From contig CAKKNE010000002.1 of the NCBI GenBank assembly GCA_918797485.1, forward strand, positions 1,054,001 to 1,118,000: DNA of 64,000 bases, in the 5' to 3' direction. Origin of the DNA: Pelagomonas calceolata (taxonomy: Eukaryota). Positions 10,180-20,680 of this stretch are shown one piece after another (the stretch's first letter is position 1; each line of letters begins with the position of its first letter). The position numbers were made by a program, and so were the translations under genes. A model generated the notes under the pieces. That model had not been told where the DNA came from. It ran no database searches and saw only the letters and a program-made list of their open reading frames with translations.

Positions 10180-11805
10180 TTACGACGACTCGTCCTCGAC
10201 ACGCGGGAACACGGCCGACGGCTTCGGCAGAACAGTTCCGGCAGCGACGCCATCACGCCTTAGCGCGGCGAGATCCCGGTCGCCCTCCGCAACGCCTAGC
10301 AAGTCCAGCATTTTCGCCGCGGCGCCGGGCATGAAGGGCTGGTAGCTAATCGCGATACACCGGAGCGTTTCCTGGGCAACGGCCAGGACGACGCTCATAC
10401 GATCGGGGTCGCTCTTCTTGAGTTTCCAGGGTTCCTGGTTGTCAAAGTAGCGGTTCGCGTCGCGCACAACGGCCTCGACCTCGCCGAGCGCCTTGTTGAA
10501 GGCGAGCGCGTCCATGTGCGGCCGCATCGCGTCGGCCAGGGCGTGCGCCGAATCCAGCAGCGCCGTGTCATCTGCCGTCAGGTCAGATAATGCAGGCGTG
10601 CTTCCTTTCAAATTCTTACCGATCATGGAGCAACACCGCTGGCAGAGGTTGCCCACAGCATTCGCCAAAAATCCGTTACAGGCCGCGAGCATCGCCGTCC
10701 GGCTAAAATCGCCGTCGCCGCCGAAGGGAACCTCGGACAATAAGAAGTAGCGAGTCGCGTCGAGGCCGTAGTCGTCGATGAGCTCGGAAGGGATTACTAC
10801 ATTACCAAGCGACTTGCTGATCTTCTGGCCATCTTTTGTCCACCATCCGTGCGCGTATATCTTCTTCGGCACCGGCAGGCCCGCCGCCATGAGCATCGCC
10901 GGCCAGTAAATAGCGTGGAAGCGCAGAATGTCCTTGCCGACGACATGAGTGGCACCTCCCCAGGTCGCTTCCCAGTTGCCGTTCGGGAAGCCGATGGCCG
11001 TCAAATAATTCGTCAGCGCGTCGACCCAGACGTAGACGACGTGGTCCGGGTCGCCCGGCACCTGCAGGCCCCACTTGAACGACGTCCGCGAGATGGAGAG
11101 GTCCCGCAGCTCCTCCATTTTCAAAAAAGAGAGCACCTCGTTCTTGCGCGACTTGGGCCCGAGGATGTCCTCCTTCTCGTACAGCTCGATCAATTTGTCG
11201 CCCCAGTCGCTGAGCTTGAAGAAGTACGAGGGCTCCTTCGCGCGCCATTCAACCTCGGCGCCGGTCGGGGCCTTGCCGTCGACGAGCTCGCCCTCCGTGT
11301 AGTAGCACTCGTCGCGGACGCAGTACCAGCCCTCGTACGAACCGAGGTAGATCTGGCCGGCGTCCTCCAAGCGCTTCCACAGGGCCTCGACGGCCACCTT
11401 GTGGTCCGCGTCGGTCGTCCGGATAAAGCGGTCGTATTTTATATCAAACGAATCCGCCAACTCGCGAAACGTGTTCGACACGCTCGTCGCGAACTCCAAC
11501 GGCTCTACGCCCTTTGCCGCGGCGGACTCCTCGACCTTCTCGCCGTGCTCGTCAGTGCCCGTGACGAGCGTCGCCTCTCTACCATCCAACCTCGCGAACC
11601 TCGCGGCGGCGTCGCACGCAACCGACGTGTACGCGTGGCCGACGTGCGGCGCCGCGTTGACATAGTAGATGGGAGTCGTGACGTAGAGCGGGTCCGTCGT
11701 CGTGGCGGCGCGTCGCGTCATCAGCGCTGGCTGCCGCGCTAACGGAGCTCGCAGCGCCCGCGCCGTCCGCACCAGGAGCATGACAGCTGCAGTATACCGT
11801 CGCAT
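10180..11805 (-). CDS. metG: Methionyl-tRNA synthetase, organellar (bacterial type)
   Basis: YVTTPIYYVN, HVGH (HIGH), GTDEHG, YVWVDALTNY, GKDILRFH and KISKSLGN motifs, preceded by an N-terminal targeting peptide. Confidence 0.97.
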   Translation of the reverse strand: MRRYTAAVMLLVRTARALRAPLARQPALMTRRAATTTDPLYVTTPIYYVNAAPHVGHAYTSVACDAAARFARLDGREATLVTGTDEHGEKVEESAAAKGVEPLEFATSVSNTFRELADSFDIKYDRFIRTTDADHKVAVEALWKRLEDAGQIYLGSYEGWYCVRDECYYTEGELVDGKAPTGAEVEWRAKEPSYFFKLSDWGDKLIELYEKEDILGPKSRKNEVLSFLKMEELRDLSISRTSFKWGLQVPGDPDHVVYVWVDALTNYLTAIGFPNGNWEATWGGATHVVGKDILRFHAIYWPAMLMAAGLPVPKKIYAHGWWTKDGQKISKSLGNVVIPSELIDDYGLDATRYFLLSEVPFGGDGDFSRTAMLAACNGFLANAVGNLCQRCCSMIGKNLKGSTPALSDLTADDTALLDSAHALADAMRPHMDALAFNKALGEVEAVVRDANRYFDNQEPWKLKKSDPDRMSVVLAVAQETLRCIAISYQPFMPGAAAKMLDLLGVAEGDRDLAALRRDGVAAGTVLPKPSAVFPRVEDESS

Positions 11806-12008
11806 GGATGCGCGGCGCCGGCGCGCGTGAGAAGCACGGCAGCGTGAGGACAAGCCAGAACGCCCAAACTATGGACGTGTGCGAGAGATGCGTGCTCACA
11901 GCCGCGTAGGCGTCGGGCACAGCTCGCGGTTGCTGTGCCTACGCAGAGCGTGTCGAGAGAGGCAGACCTAGTTTTTGGCCGCGGCCTCGTAACTCTCACA
12001 ACAAAGCC

Positions 12009-12575
12009 ATGCAGACCAAAGCACTTGTCGTTCTCAGCCTATCGACAGCGGGAGCGCTGCAGTTGTCGCGGCGCGACCTCGCCCAGGCCATTGGCATTGG
12101 TGCAGCCTCTACTCTTGCGCCCGTAGCGAACGCAGCCGACATAAAGGCCTGCCAGAAGGGCGCAAATAATTGCTGGTCCACGGCGTCGACGGATAAGACG
12201 TCTCTGAAGCCCTGGACCTTCCCTAACAAAAAGACCGCGGCAAAAGAGCTGCGCGCGGCGCTCGAGGCGTACCCCCAGGCGGGCCAGAACAAGGCCGACG
12301 AGGGCGGCTGGTCCTTCGCCGTCGACGAGCTCGACAAGTCGGGCTACGCGCGGCTCGAGTACAAGTCGGGCCTCGGGAACATGGCGAAATATTTCAACGG
12401 GGGCAAGCCGTTCGTCGACGACCTGGAGGTGCTGGTCGGCGCCGACAGCGTGAGCGTGCGCTCGTCGTCGCGCGTCGGCGACAGCGACCTCGGCGTCAAC
12501 GCGAAGCGCCTCGCGTACCTCGCGAAGGACCTGAAGGCGAAGGGATGGGATGTGGTGACTCCGCCCGTGAAGTAG
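12009..12575 (+). CDS. DUF1499-family protein, probably thylakoid lumen
   Basis: Signal peptide, twin-Arg SRRDL and ANA cleavage site. ACQKGANNCWST, FVDDLE and RSSSRVGDSDLGVNAKR motifs. Confidence 0.85.
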   Translation: MQTKALVVLSLSTAGALQLSRRDLAQAIGIGAASTLAPVANAADIKACQKGANNCWSTASTDKTSLKPWTFPNKKTAAKELRAALEAYPQAGQNKADEGGWSFAVDELDKSGYARLEYKSGLGNMAKYFNGGKPFVDDLEVLVGADSVSVRSSSRVGDSDLGVNAKRLAYLAKDLKAKGWDVVTPPVK

Positions 12576-12752
12576 GTGGTGTGTAAGAGCTATAGTTGAG
12601 TAAAAACGGAGACGCTCGGGGCTGATCAAAACGGGTTTTACAGCAACACAATCGCGCTAGTCGCGGTTTTCGCCGCTTTAGGTGCCGTGTAAGTGGCGCT
12701 TTGGCGCAAAGCTACAGCCGACTTCACAGCGCTCGCGCTACGACAGTCAAGC

Positions 12753-13398
12753 ATGGAAACTCAGGCCATGATCGCGACAGCTCTCTGCTTTGGGGTTGGT
12801 CTTATCTTGGTCTGCGCAGGCAACAACACGAGGAAGGAGAAGGTGAGGACCCAAGGTCGCCTCGCGTCCGAATTTACACCACTGAACGATGGACTGGTGA
12901 AACTGGGAAACTCAATCGCCACCCCCGCGAAGGCGGCGAAGCAAAAAGACGAAGATTCTCGCAATCTTTGGCGTCTTCTTCGTTCCGATGGCCTTTGTGA
13001 ACTCGGGTCTGCCAAGTATGCTAAAGAAAGAATCCAAAATCCTTAGCTTTTGGGGCGCGGTGATCAGCGGGAAAGAGTGGACGGTCATCGGAGAGCCTAA
13101 GAATCGCATCAAACCGAAAGACGCTTTCTACCGTATGTGCGCGGACGTTCTCATTAACTTCGTATATCCGACGTGCGTCCCGCGTCTCACTACGAGTATC
13201 TTCGCGATGATTTCCGGCCACAGGTTCCTTTTCATGGTTCTCCCCGTTTTCATTGCTCGCTCCGCGTCTTACATGGACGCGATAACCGCGGCGACCGGCG
13301 TCTTCTTTGCCGTGCAATGGGACGCGGAATCGGAGGGGGAAGAGTTCCGAGTCAAGCTTCCCATATCGGAGCCGGAACCCAACCGCAGCGAAGCATAG
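12753..13398 (+). pseudogene. Membrane protein gene with an apparent 1-bp frameshift near 12945
   Basis: METQAMIATALCFGVGLILV...AKAAKQK continues as TKILAIFGVFFVPMAFVNSG...FFAVQWD if one A is removed from the A5 run at about 12943-12947. Pseudogene or assembly error. Confidence 0.5.
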
Positions 13399-13507
13399 TC
13401 TTAGCCTGTGGTGGACGATAGGCCCGCACCCCGCGCGCCAACCCATGCTGTATAAAATTGCTTGCACGTACCCCCTTGTAGTAGCCCTTGAAATGAAAGA
13501 ACTTATC

Positions 13508-16500
13508 TCACCGCCAAGCCGGCGAATCCGCGACCGGCTGCTGGAGCACGCGCCGCGCCCGCCGCTTGATTTTCCCGGAGCGCGGCGGCGCCGGCGGCGG
13601 CGGCCCGTCCGCGCCGTCGTTGACCTCGTCCGCCGCAATACTCTCTATGAACGCGCAGATCGTCGAGTTGAACGTCTTCAAATTGTTGACCTTGCCGTCT
13701 TTTTGATCTAATGCCCGCCGCGCGATTTCCAAATCCTTCTCGAGCGCGTCGGCGCGGTCCCGCGCCCGCGCGAGCTCGCCCCGCAGCTCCTCCTCGGGTG
13801 CCGAGTAGCCGCCCGCGGCCCGCTTCGCCTCGGCGGCGGCGACGGCCCGGCGAGCTGACGCCGCGTCGCGCTGCGACGCGTCCAGCGACCGCGCCAGGGC
13901 GCGCAATTCCACGGCTACGGGCCCCGTCGCGCTCGCGTTCAGGCTCTGGAGCCGCTTCGCCAGCGTCTTCGCCGCTCTATCGGACGCGGCCAGGCCGTCG
14001 GCGACCCTTGTGAGTTCCGCGCCGGCCGCCTCGGCGGCCTGGCTCCGCTTCCGCGCTTGGACCTTGGTCTGGGATCGAGCAGCAGCACACGCGGCGTCGG
14101 CCGCGGCCTTGGCCTTTTGTACCGACACAAGCTCGGCGCGCGCCTTCCTGCAATCCTCGCGCGCCTTCTTCAGCTCGCACGCCAACGCGTCGCGCGCGGC
14201 GACGGCCGCGTCGCGATCCAGCGAGATGGCCTGCCGTTCCCCAATCAAACGCTCGCCGAGCTTCTCCGCGTCTCGCAAAGCCCTTTCAGCCTTCAACCTC
14301 ACAATCTCGGCCTCGTGGAGCTGCTGCGCGAGATGCGTCGCCCGCGCTTCCGCCGCGTCGGCGCGCGTGTCGGCATCTGATAAAGCTCGTTCCGTCCGCA
14401 GCCGACAGCCTTCCTCCTCCCTTAATGCATGGACGGCCTCCTCGGCGCGCTCCTCCGCATTGAGCGCGCGCGCCGCCGCATCCACCACTTTTTTATCAGC
14501 GGCAGTTTCCAACCTTTTGACTTGCTCGGGGAGCTCGCGCGCGATCGCCTCGACGCGGCCGCCCATGGCCTCCATCTCGGCCTCGACCTTGCGCGCCCGA
14601 TTCTCGTTCATCGCCGCCCGTTTCTGCTCCTTATCAGCATCGCGCGCCACCCGTAGCAAGTTAGACGAGACGTCCTCCGTCGCGCCTCGCAATGCGTCGT
14701 TCTCCCGCGACAACGTCAACAGATCATGAGCTAAATGTTCGGCTTCCATGTTCGAGTCATCCCTACCCCGCAGCGCGGCGCTCAAACGCTCGACCTCGTC
14801 CTCGAGCCTCAATGCTTCGCCGCGCGCCGACGCGACCGCAACCTCCGCGTCGGCCCGAGCTTCCGCCGCCTGTTCCGCGGCCTCCCGCACCTCCCGCTTC
14901 AGGGCCTTCTTGATCTCAACTAACTTAGAATCGGACTCGGCCATCCTCGCCCTTGCGTTTTCCAGCTCCGCGCGATGCCTCCTGACGAAGTCGTCCTTGT
15001 CTCGCAATTCAGCAAGGCACTTCTTGAGCTGCTCCTCCGCTTGGATGCGGCCCTTGTCGCTCTTGGACAGTTCTCGCCTAGCTTCGGCTCGGACCGCCGC
15101 CACAGCTAGTGCAGCTTCTCGCCTTAGAGTGTCCGCGGATAAGGACGTGGCCTTGTGGGACTCCAGCCGCTTCACGTCCTCCCTTAGTGACTCGCAGACG
15201 GCTTGTAACGAAGAAAATTCGGCATCTCTGCTCTTCCGCGCCTGCGCCAATTCCATCAGGGCCCGGCGGTCGCCATGATCCGCCCGCATCAGGTCGTCCC
15301 GTTCCTTCTCCAGGGCCAGCACGCGCGCCTCGGCCACCTCGAGGGCCGCCTTCGTTTTCTCATTCTCGGCGTCGGCTCGAGCTGACGCGTCCAGGGCCCG
15401 GAAGCCGTCGGCGTCCGCGTCCTGGAGCTGCGCTTCCTTCCTTCTTAGTTCATCGGTCAAGCGCGCGACTTCCGCCGTCACAAGATCTAAGGAAGCCTTC
15501 TGCGCGTCGCGGTCTCTTTGAATGGCATCAAAATTCTTGGAGAGCTGATCGTTGGCTCTACATTGCCTCAGTTCACCGTTTGCTTGCACATCAACTTCCT
15601 CCTGGAGCGCAACCAACTCCAACCCCAACCGCTCGCTCTCGAGTCGTAACTGGGCCGCCTCCGCGTGCGACGACCGCTGCAATTGATCCAAGGCGTCCTC
15701 GGCTTCTCTGCACCTAGCCTCCGCCGCCTTGGCGTGGGCCTCCGCCCGTCGCGCGTTCCGGACTTCGTCGGCCGCGCGGTCGTTCGCCGCTATTGAACGC
15801 TGCCGAAAGACTTCGCAGTCGCGCCGCGCCTCGCTCAAAGCGTCCGACGTTGTTCCAGCGGCTGCCACAGCTAACAGTCTCGAAGCGTCGCCGGCGGCCC
15901 GCTCCGCCCTTAAAGCTTCGAAGCGCTTCGCATCGGCGGCCGCAACTAATGCGGAAGTAGAGGCCGCCGCCGCGCGATCGCTGTCCGACAATCGTTTCGC
16001 GAAGACGGCCTCCGAAGCAGCCAGGGCTTTGCGCGTCGCCGCGGCGCCGGCGCGCTCCGCCTCGTACTGGGCGTCGTCGCGCTCCGCGGCGGCGTCGTCG
16101 GCGCGCCGCACGGCCGTGTCGATGGTCTGCCTGAGTCGTTTCTCGGACGCGTCGCGGGCCGCGCGGTTCGCGACGCGCTCCGCTAGCGTCGCCTCCCGCA
16201 TCGCATCATTGTGACTCGCTTCCGCGGCCGCGTACCGCCTCTCGTGATAGGCCGCGTCGCGCCTTCTAGATGCCTCGGCCTCCTGCCTCGCTCGCTGCAA
16301 AGCCGTCTCAAGTTCAGTAGCGTGCGTCTTGTGGGCTTCTCGTAACTTATTTTCGAACCGTTTCTGGGCGCCAGCGACCGCTGAAGCGTGCTCGATATCT
16401 CGAGCCTGCAGGGCCTTCTCATGCGCTCGACATAATTCATCGGCGTGCTCTTGATCTTTCTGGGCCCGCGAAGCACCTTTTTCGAGCTGGGCCTCCAATC

Positions 16501-18361
16501 GTGAGATTTGCCGGTCCCGGGCCCGCAGCTTCTCGTCAAGCTCTCGCTCCGAAATATCAATAGCCTCCTGCAACGCCTGCTTGGCCTCCTTCACTCGCTC
16601 GCTTTCCGCGCGCATGGTCTCGAAGTCGCGAGCCGACTGGTCCAACGCGTCCTCGAGCTCATTGCACCGAGACTCCCACTGCGTCGCCTTGCGCGCCGAG
16701 TCATTTCGTTGCCTCGATACGGTCGCTTCGAGCTCGGACACTTTGCGCTCGATGATCTGCGACGTTTCCTCGAAGTCTTGGGCCGACCGCTTCCACTCGG
16801 ACGCGTCCCGTTGAGCCGTCGTGAGTTCCGCATCTAGTTCTTGGCAGCGCCTCTCAGCATGATCGCAGCGCTCGGCTAACGCAGCTTCCCGTTCGGAGTA
16901 GGCGCCCTCCGTGCACGCGAGGTCGCTCCGGGCCTCCTTCAGTGAAGCTCTCACTTCGAGCAGCTCGCTCTTCACAACGTCGCGCTCGCGTCGCGCCTCA
17001 TCAACCGCGCCCCGAAAGGCCTGGGCGGCCTGCTGGGACATGTTCGCGGCCCTTTGTAAACGCTCGTCGCAGTCCCGCTTCAGATCATTTAGTTCTTGTT
17101 CACTCTGCGCCTTGTGCGTCCTCAGGGCTTGAGACGCCTCTTCACTCAAGCGGCGAGCCTGCGCCAGATCTTCTCCCGCACTTCGCTGGGACGCGAGCTC
17201 GTCCTTGGCCCTTCTGAGGGCTTCCGCTACTCTCTGCGCGAACACAGCCAGATCTTCGTCTGACGACGGGCGCTTCTCCGGCGACAGAGCGTTGGCGAGA
17301 CTCGACTGGGCCTCGCGCTCCTGGCGCCGTTGGCGCTCCAGCGCGTCCGCGAGCGACACGTTATCAGACGCGGCGACCGCGAGCTCGTCGTGCAGCGCGC
17401 GCAGCTCCGCGGCCAACAACGGCGTCGCGAAGGTTTCGTTCGAGTCGTGGCTCTTCGGGGCCGTTTGATCCCTATCATCATATTGAGGCATGGCCGCCAT
17501 CCTCGCGTGAGCCGAACCGGTGGAAGGGACAGGCATGGCCGTCTGCAGATCTTCTATTTTCGCGCACGTCGAAAACAGCGCGAGGTCCGCGGCGCCCTTC
17601 GCGTCGAGGGCCGCCCTCGGCGTGTCCTTCATAAATAACGACTTCGAGGGCTCTTTCACGGATGTGGTCTCGAACGTGGCTTTACAAGGATCAGGTCTCA
17701 TTTTGAGAGCTTCGACAATTCTAGAGAAGGGCCAATCTTTCGTGGACACAGAATCGATGGCCGTCAGCACATCACCAGGGCGCAAGCGATAGCGCGACGC
17801 GTCGTGGACGCGCACGACGACGCAGCCCACTTCACAACCGTCGCCGTCCAGTTCTTCGGGTTCGAACTCGACGCCTAGCGGCCCGCTCGCGAAGTCGACG
17901 GTCTTGGCACCTTCTGGCGTCGCCTCCTCCCTCCTCGATCGCAGCGTCAAAATATGCGACGCCGCCGCCGCTAGAGCTTCCGCCTTCGAGAACGGCGTCC
18001 CGTCCACATCTTGGGGCGGCGGCGTGTCTTTTAACTTCAACATATGCGCGGCAGCAGCAGCCATGGCCTCGGCCTTGCCGAAGGGCGTCTCGGGCTCCGT
18101 GGAGATGCGTCTCGCAATGGGTTTCGTGTCAGCGGAGGACGACCGCGCGGTGCTAATCGTCGAGTTGGACCGGGGCCGCCCGCGTTTGCTGTCGGCCGAG
18201 GCGCTGCGGCGCGGGCGCGGCGTCGTCTTCTTGGTCTTGACCGGCGTCTTCCTCAAAGTCTGGGACGGCGTGTTCTTGCGGTCGCTGAGGACGATGCGGC
18301 CGCCGATGGAACTTCGCCGGCGGCCGGCGCGCTGCGGCGTCGTCTTGGCGACGGCGGGCAT
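13508..18361 (-). CDS. PDZ-domain giant coiled-coil protein (1617 aa)
   Basis: FASGPLGVEF...LRPGDVLTAIDSVS...IVEALK is a PDZ pattern, followed by about 1200 aa of A/E/R heptads. Confidence 0.85.
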   Translation of the reverse strand: MPAVAKTTPQRAGRRRSSIGGRIVLSDRKNTPSQTLRKTPVKTKKTTPRPRRSASADSKRGRPRSNSTISTARSSSADTKPIARRISTEPETPFGKAEAMAAAAAHMLKLKDTPPPQDVDGTPFSKAEALAAAASHILTLRSRREEATPEGAKTVDFASGPLGVEFEPEELDGDGCEVGCVVVRVHDASRYRLRPGDVLTAIDSVSTKDWPFSRIVEALKMRPDPCKATFETTSVKEPSKSLFMKDTPRAALDAKGAADLALFSTCAKIEDLQTAMPVPSTGSAHARMAAMPQYDDRDQTAPKSHDSNETFATPLLAAELRALHDELAVAASDNVSLADALERQRRQEREAQSSLANALSPEKRPSSDEDLAVFAQRVAEALRRAKDELASQRSAGEDLAQARRLSEEASQALRTHKAQSEQELNDLKRDCDERLQRAANMSQQAAQAFRGAVDEARRERDVVKSELLEVRASLKEARSDLACTEGAYSEREAALAERCDHAERRCQELDAELTTAQRDASEWKRSAQDFEETSQIIERKVSELEATVSRQRNDSARKATQWESRCNELEDALDQSARDFETMRAESERVKEAKQALQEAIDISERELDEKLRARDRQISRLEAQLEKGASRAQKDQEHADELCRAHEKALQARDIEHASAVAGAQKRFENKLREAHKTHATELETALQRARQEAEASRRRDAAYHERRYAAAEASHNDAMREATLAERVANRAARDASEKRLRQTIDTAVRRADDAAAERDDAQYEAERAGAAATRKALAASEAVFAKRLSDSDRAAAASTSALVAAADAKRFEALRAERAAGDASRLLAVAAAGTTSDALSEARRDCEVFRQRSIAANDRAADEVRNARRAEAHAKAAEARCREAEDALDQLQRSSHAEAAQLRLESERLGLELVALQEEVDVQANGELRQCRANDQLSKNFDAIQRDRDAQKASLDLVTAEVARLTDELRRKEAQLQDADADGFRALDASARADAENEKTKAALEVAEARVLALEKERDDLMRADHGDRRALMELAQARKSRDAEFSSLQAVCESLREDVKRLESHKATSLSADTLRREAALAVAAVRAEARRELSKSDKGRIQAEEQLKKCLAELRDKDDFVRRHRAELENARARMAESDSKLVEIKKALKREVREAAEQAAEARADAEVAVASARGEALRLEDEVERLSAALRGRDDSNMEAEHLAHDLLTLSRENDALRGATEDVSSNLLRVARDADKEQKRAAMNENRARKVEAEMEAMGGRVEAIARELPEQVKRLETAADKKVVDAAARALNAEERAEEAVHALREEEGCRLRTERALSDADTRADAAEARATHLAQQLHEAEIVRLKAERALRDAEKLGERLIGERQAISLDRDAAVAARDALACELKKAREDCRKARAELVSVQKAKAAADAACAAARSQTKVQARKRSQAAEAAGAELTRVADGLAASDRAAKTLAKRLQSLNASATGPVAVELRALARSLDASQRDAASARRAVAAAEAKRAAGGYSAPEEELRGELARARDRADALEKDLEIARRALDQKDGKVNNLKTFNSTICAFIESIAADEVNDGADGPPPPAPPRSGKIKRRARRVLQQPVADSPAWR

Positions 18362-18625
18362 GATTTGTCAATTCCTAGCTGTCCCGCGTGTCGCCTGAGC
18401 TGGCGCAGGGCCGCGCAGTCGTCTTTTGCCCACCAGCGGCTTTTTCAGTTTTGTTAACCCACACGAGTTGCGCGGGGCGAAATACGGGCGCCGATAGTCC
18501 CGTGCGACAGTCTGGCGTTGTGCAGCGCCACCACTGCGCAGCTGTACGGCAGCTCGCCGGAGCAGAGCTTGTGAACGGCGGGCAGCTCAAATCGAGTACA
18601 CTAGCCAAGCACACTAGCTTTCAGT

Positions 18626-18764
18626 CGGGGGGGAGCGGGAGGGGTACGGGGAACCCTGCGACGTAACTAGCCTCAGCCTCAGCCTCAGTCCTCCTTGCCA
18701 TGTCCTCCGCCCACTAGTCCTCCTAGCACGGTAACAATATATCTCCAAGTCCTAGCACCGTAAC
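18626..18764 (-). repeat. Dispersed intergenic repeat, blocks A then B (B partly duplicated)
   Basis: Block A (18626-18681) GGGGGAGCGGGAGGGGTACGGGGAACCCTGCGACGTAACTAGCCTCAGCCTCA is essentially identical to 36324-36378. Block B CTCCGCCCACTAGTCC...TAGCACCGTAAC matches 36272-36299. Confidence 0.85.
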
Positions 18765-18928
18765 AGAGAAGGGCAGCGAAGTCAGTCTCAGGAGCAGTCG
18801 GAGCGCCCGGACTTTTATGTTGCCCATACGCCGTCGAGCAGACGCGCAAAACGCCAGCAAGTACTAGTGATATACGAAAAGGCGGCAGGTTACACTAATG
18901 GATACGTTTTGGGCCCAGGGAGGAATTT

Positions 18929-20119
18929 CTACTCAGAGATGACGCCGTCGCGCGCCGCACTTGATTCGAACTCCTTCAGTAGCTCCGAGGCGTTGGGCAC
19001 GTCGCAGGTCAAATCTTGCAAAGCATCGTTCAACCGCGCGAAGCCCCGTTTCGCTTGCGTCGTCGACACCACTTCCTCCAGTACTAATTTCTTCAGGAGC
19101 TCGCTCATGGCCTTCCTATCCGCGTCACCTTTCGGCAAGGCCGCCGTCACGGCCCGCTTGACGACCTCATGCCCGAAGGCCGGCGCCGCCAACTCGCGCA
19201 CGCACTTCGTCGCCTCCGTTAAGTCGTGACTGGTGAGATACTCGCCCACGAGGTCGTCTACCGCGTGCTTGAGCTCTCCCACGTCGCGGCCGTCGCCCGG
19301 GCCCCAGATCCTTTCTAGTTTCGACAGGGCGTGTTCCCTGCTCAACAGGCGTCTAGCTCGCGTAACTACTTCACCGCCGAGCGCCGCGAAGACGCGATCA
19401 CCGAGGTAGCGCGGAGGTAACGCTTCATCTACCACGCTTCTCACGAGGAAGTCACTCACAATCGTAGGAGCGTTCGGCGCATCAATAGACAAATCATCCA
19501 CGGCCTCGAATAACCGCTCGAAGCCTCTCCCTACATCTCGCTCCGAGAGCAGTCTCGGCGTCGACGCTGATAATAATCGCGACGCCAGTTCACATTCTTT
19601 GGCGCGTCGATCCAGCGCCTTCGATATCACCTTCTTGACGATCTCGAACGAGAACTCCGGGCACTGGAGCTCCAGGAGCGACCGGACGCACTCCTCGACG
19701 TCCTCGGACGCGAACAACTCGTCGATGCACTCCGATAAGCGCCGCTTGAATTCAGCTAAAGTGTACTGGGGACCGATTAATGAACAGCCGTGCTCCTGAC
19801 TGTAGGACTTGTGCGGTGCTTGTACAGGCACTTCGCCCGACACGAGGACGTAGTTGCCGTCGTCTTCGCCGCCCGACGAGTACATGGGGTCGCCCGCATC
19901 TAACGCCACGGCCGCAGGACTGGTAGTGCCGTCGTTCGTTCTATCTTTCCACTCGTACTTGTGGCCGCCCGAACCGCTTGGAGCTTTATGCCCGTGCTGC
20001 TTCGTGCCCGCGCGCAGCGTCCCGCCCTTGTGGTGGCCTCCCACCCTATCCTCTAACGGTTTAGGTACCTTCTTGTGGCCGTTGCTCGCGTTCGCAGGTT
20101 GTACTTCCGCCGCCGGCAT
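18929..20119 (-). CDS. PDCD4-like MA3-domain translation regulator
   Basis: Two MA3 repeats (IDELFASEDVEECVRSL, FERLFEAVDDLSIDAPNA, VGEYLTSHDLTEATKCVREL, LQDLTCDVPNA) and an N-terminal KxxSGSGGHKYEW motif. Confidence 0.9.
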   Translation of the reverse strand: MPAAEVQPANASNGHKKVPKPLEDRVGGHHKGGTLRAGTKQHGHKAPSGSGGHKYEWKDRTNDGTTSPAAVALDAGDPMYSSGGEDDGNYVLVSGEVPVQAPHKSYSQEHGCSLIGPQYTLAEFKRRLSECIDELFASEDVEECVRSLLELQCPEFSFEIVKKVISKALDRRAKECELASRLLSASTPRLLSERDVGRGFERLFEAVDDLSIDAPNAPTIVSDFLVRSVVDEALPPRYLGDRVFAALGGEVVTRARRLLSREHALSKLERIWGPGDGRDVGELKHAVDDLVGEYLTSHDLTEATKCVRELAAPAFGHEVVKRAVTAALPKGDADRKAMSELLKKLVLEEVVSTTQAKRGFARLNDALQDLTCDVPNASELLKEFESSAARDGVISE

Positions 20120-20148
20120 CGTGGTCCTACGCTGCGCCGTCGCGCTGC

Positions 20149-20257
20149 GCTATGCGTCCTCGACGCGGTTCGTGCGCGGCGCTGTGGCTACGCGTCCTCG
20201 ACGCGGTTCGTGCGCGGCGCTGCAGCTACGCGTCCTTGACGCGAATCGTGCGCGGCG
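20149..20257. repeat. 38-bp tandem repeat x~2.9 in the PDCD4-like 5' leader
   Basis: Units start at 20149, 20187 and 20225: GCTACGCGTCCTCGACGCGGTTCGTGCGCGGCGCTG.. Confidence 0.9.
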
Positions 20258-20680
20258 TCGTCGCGAAGAATTTTGGACTTGGAGGGCTGCAAAGCTCTGG
20301 GCCTGATAACGAGCACAGGCGTCGTTGCGGGCGCGAGAAAGTGAAGGGGAGGGCTTTGCGGCGAGGTCGAGCTCCTGCTGAGGCTCGCGCAGGGCTGGAA
20401 AGTCCCGCGCTGTGGATTGCAAGGGGCTAAAGCCGTCGAGCTCTGCCTGCCTCCATGGGATTCGCGGCCCTCTGAATCATACGGGGAGTGGTCTTGGGGC
20501 ATTGAGAGGATATGGGAGAGCGAGCAGGGCAGGTAAGCCTGATCGGATTCGCGCAAAACCCGAACGTGCTAGAGACTTGCACGCTAGCTGACAGCCTGCT
20601 CGGCTTTTCCCAACCAAGTGGGTCCGTAGCCGCAAGCAGAGAGTTAGAGTGGCGTTTCTGAGGCCTGCCCTACCGCAGCG

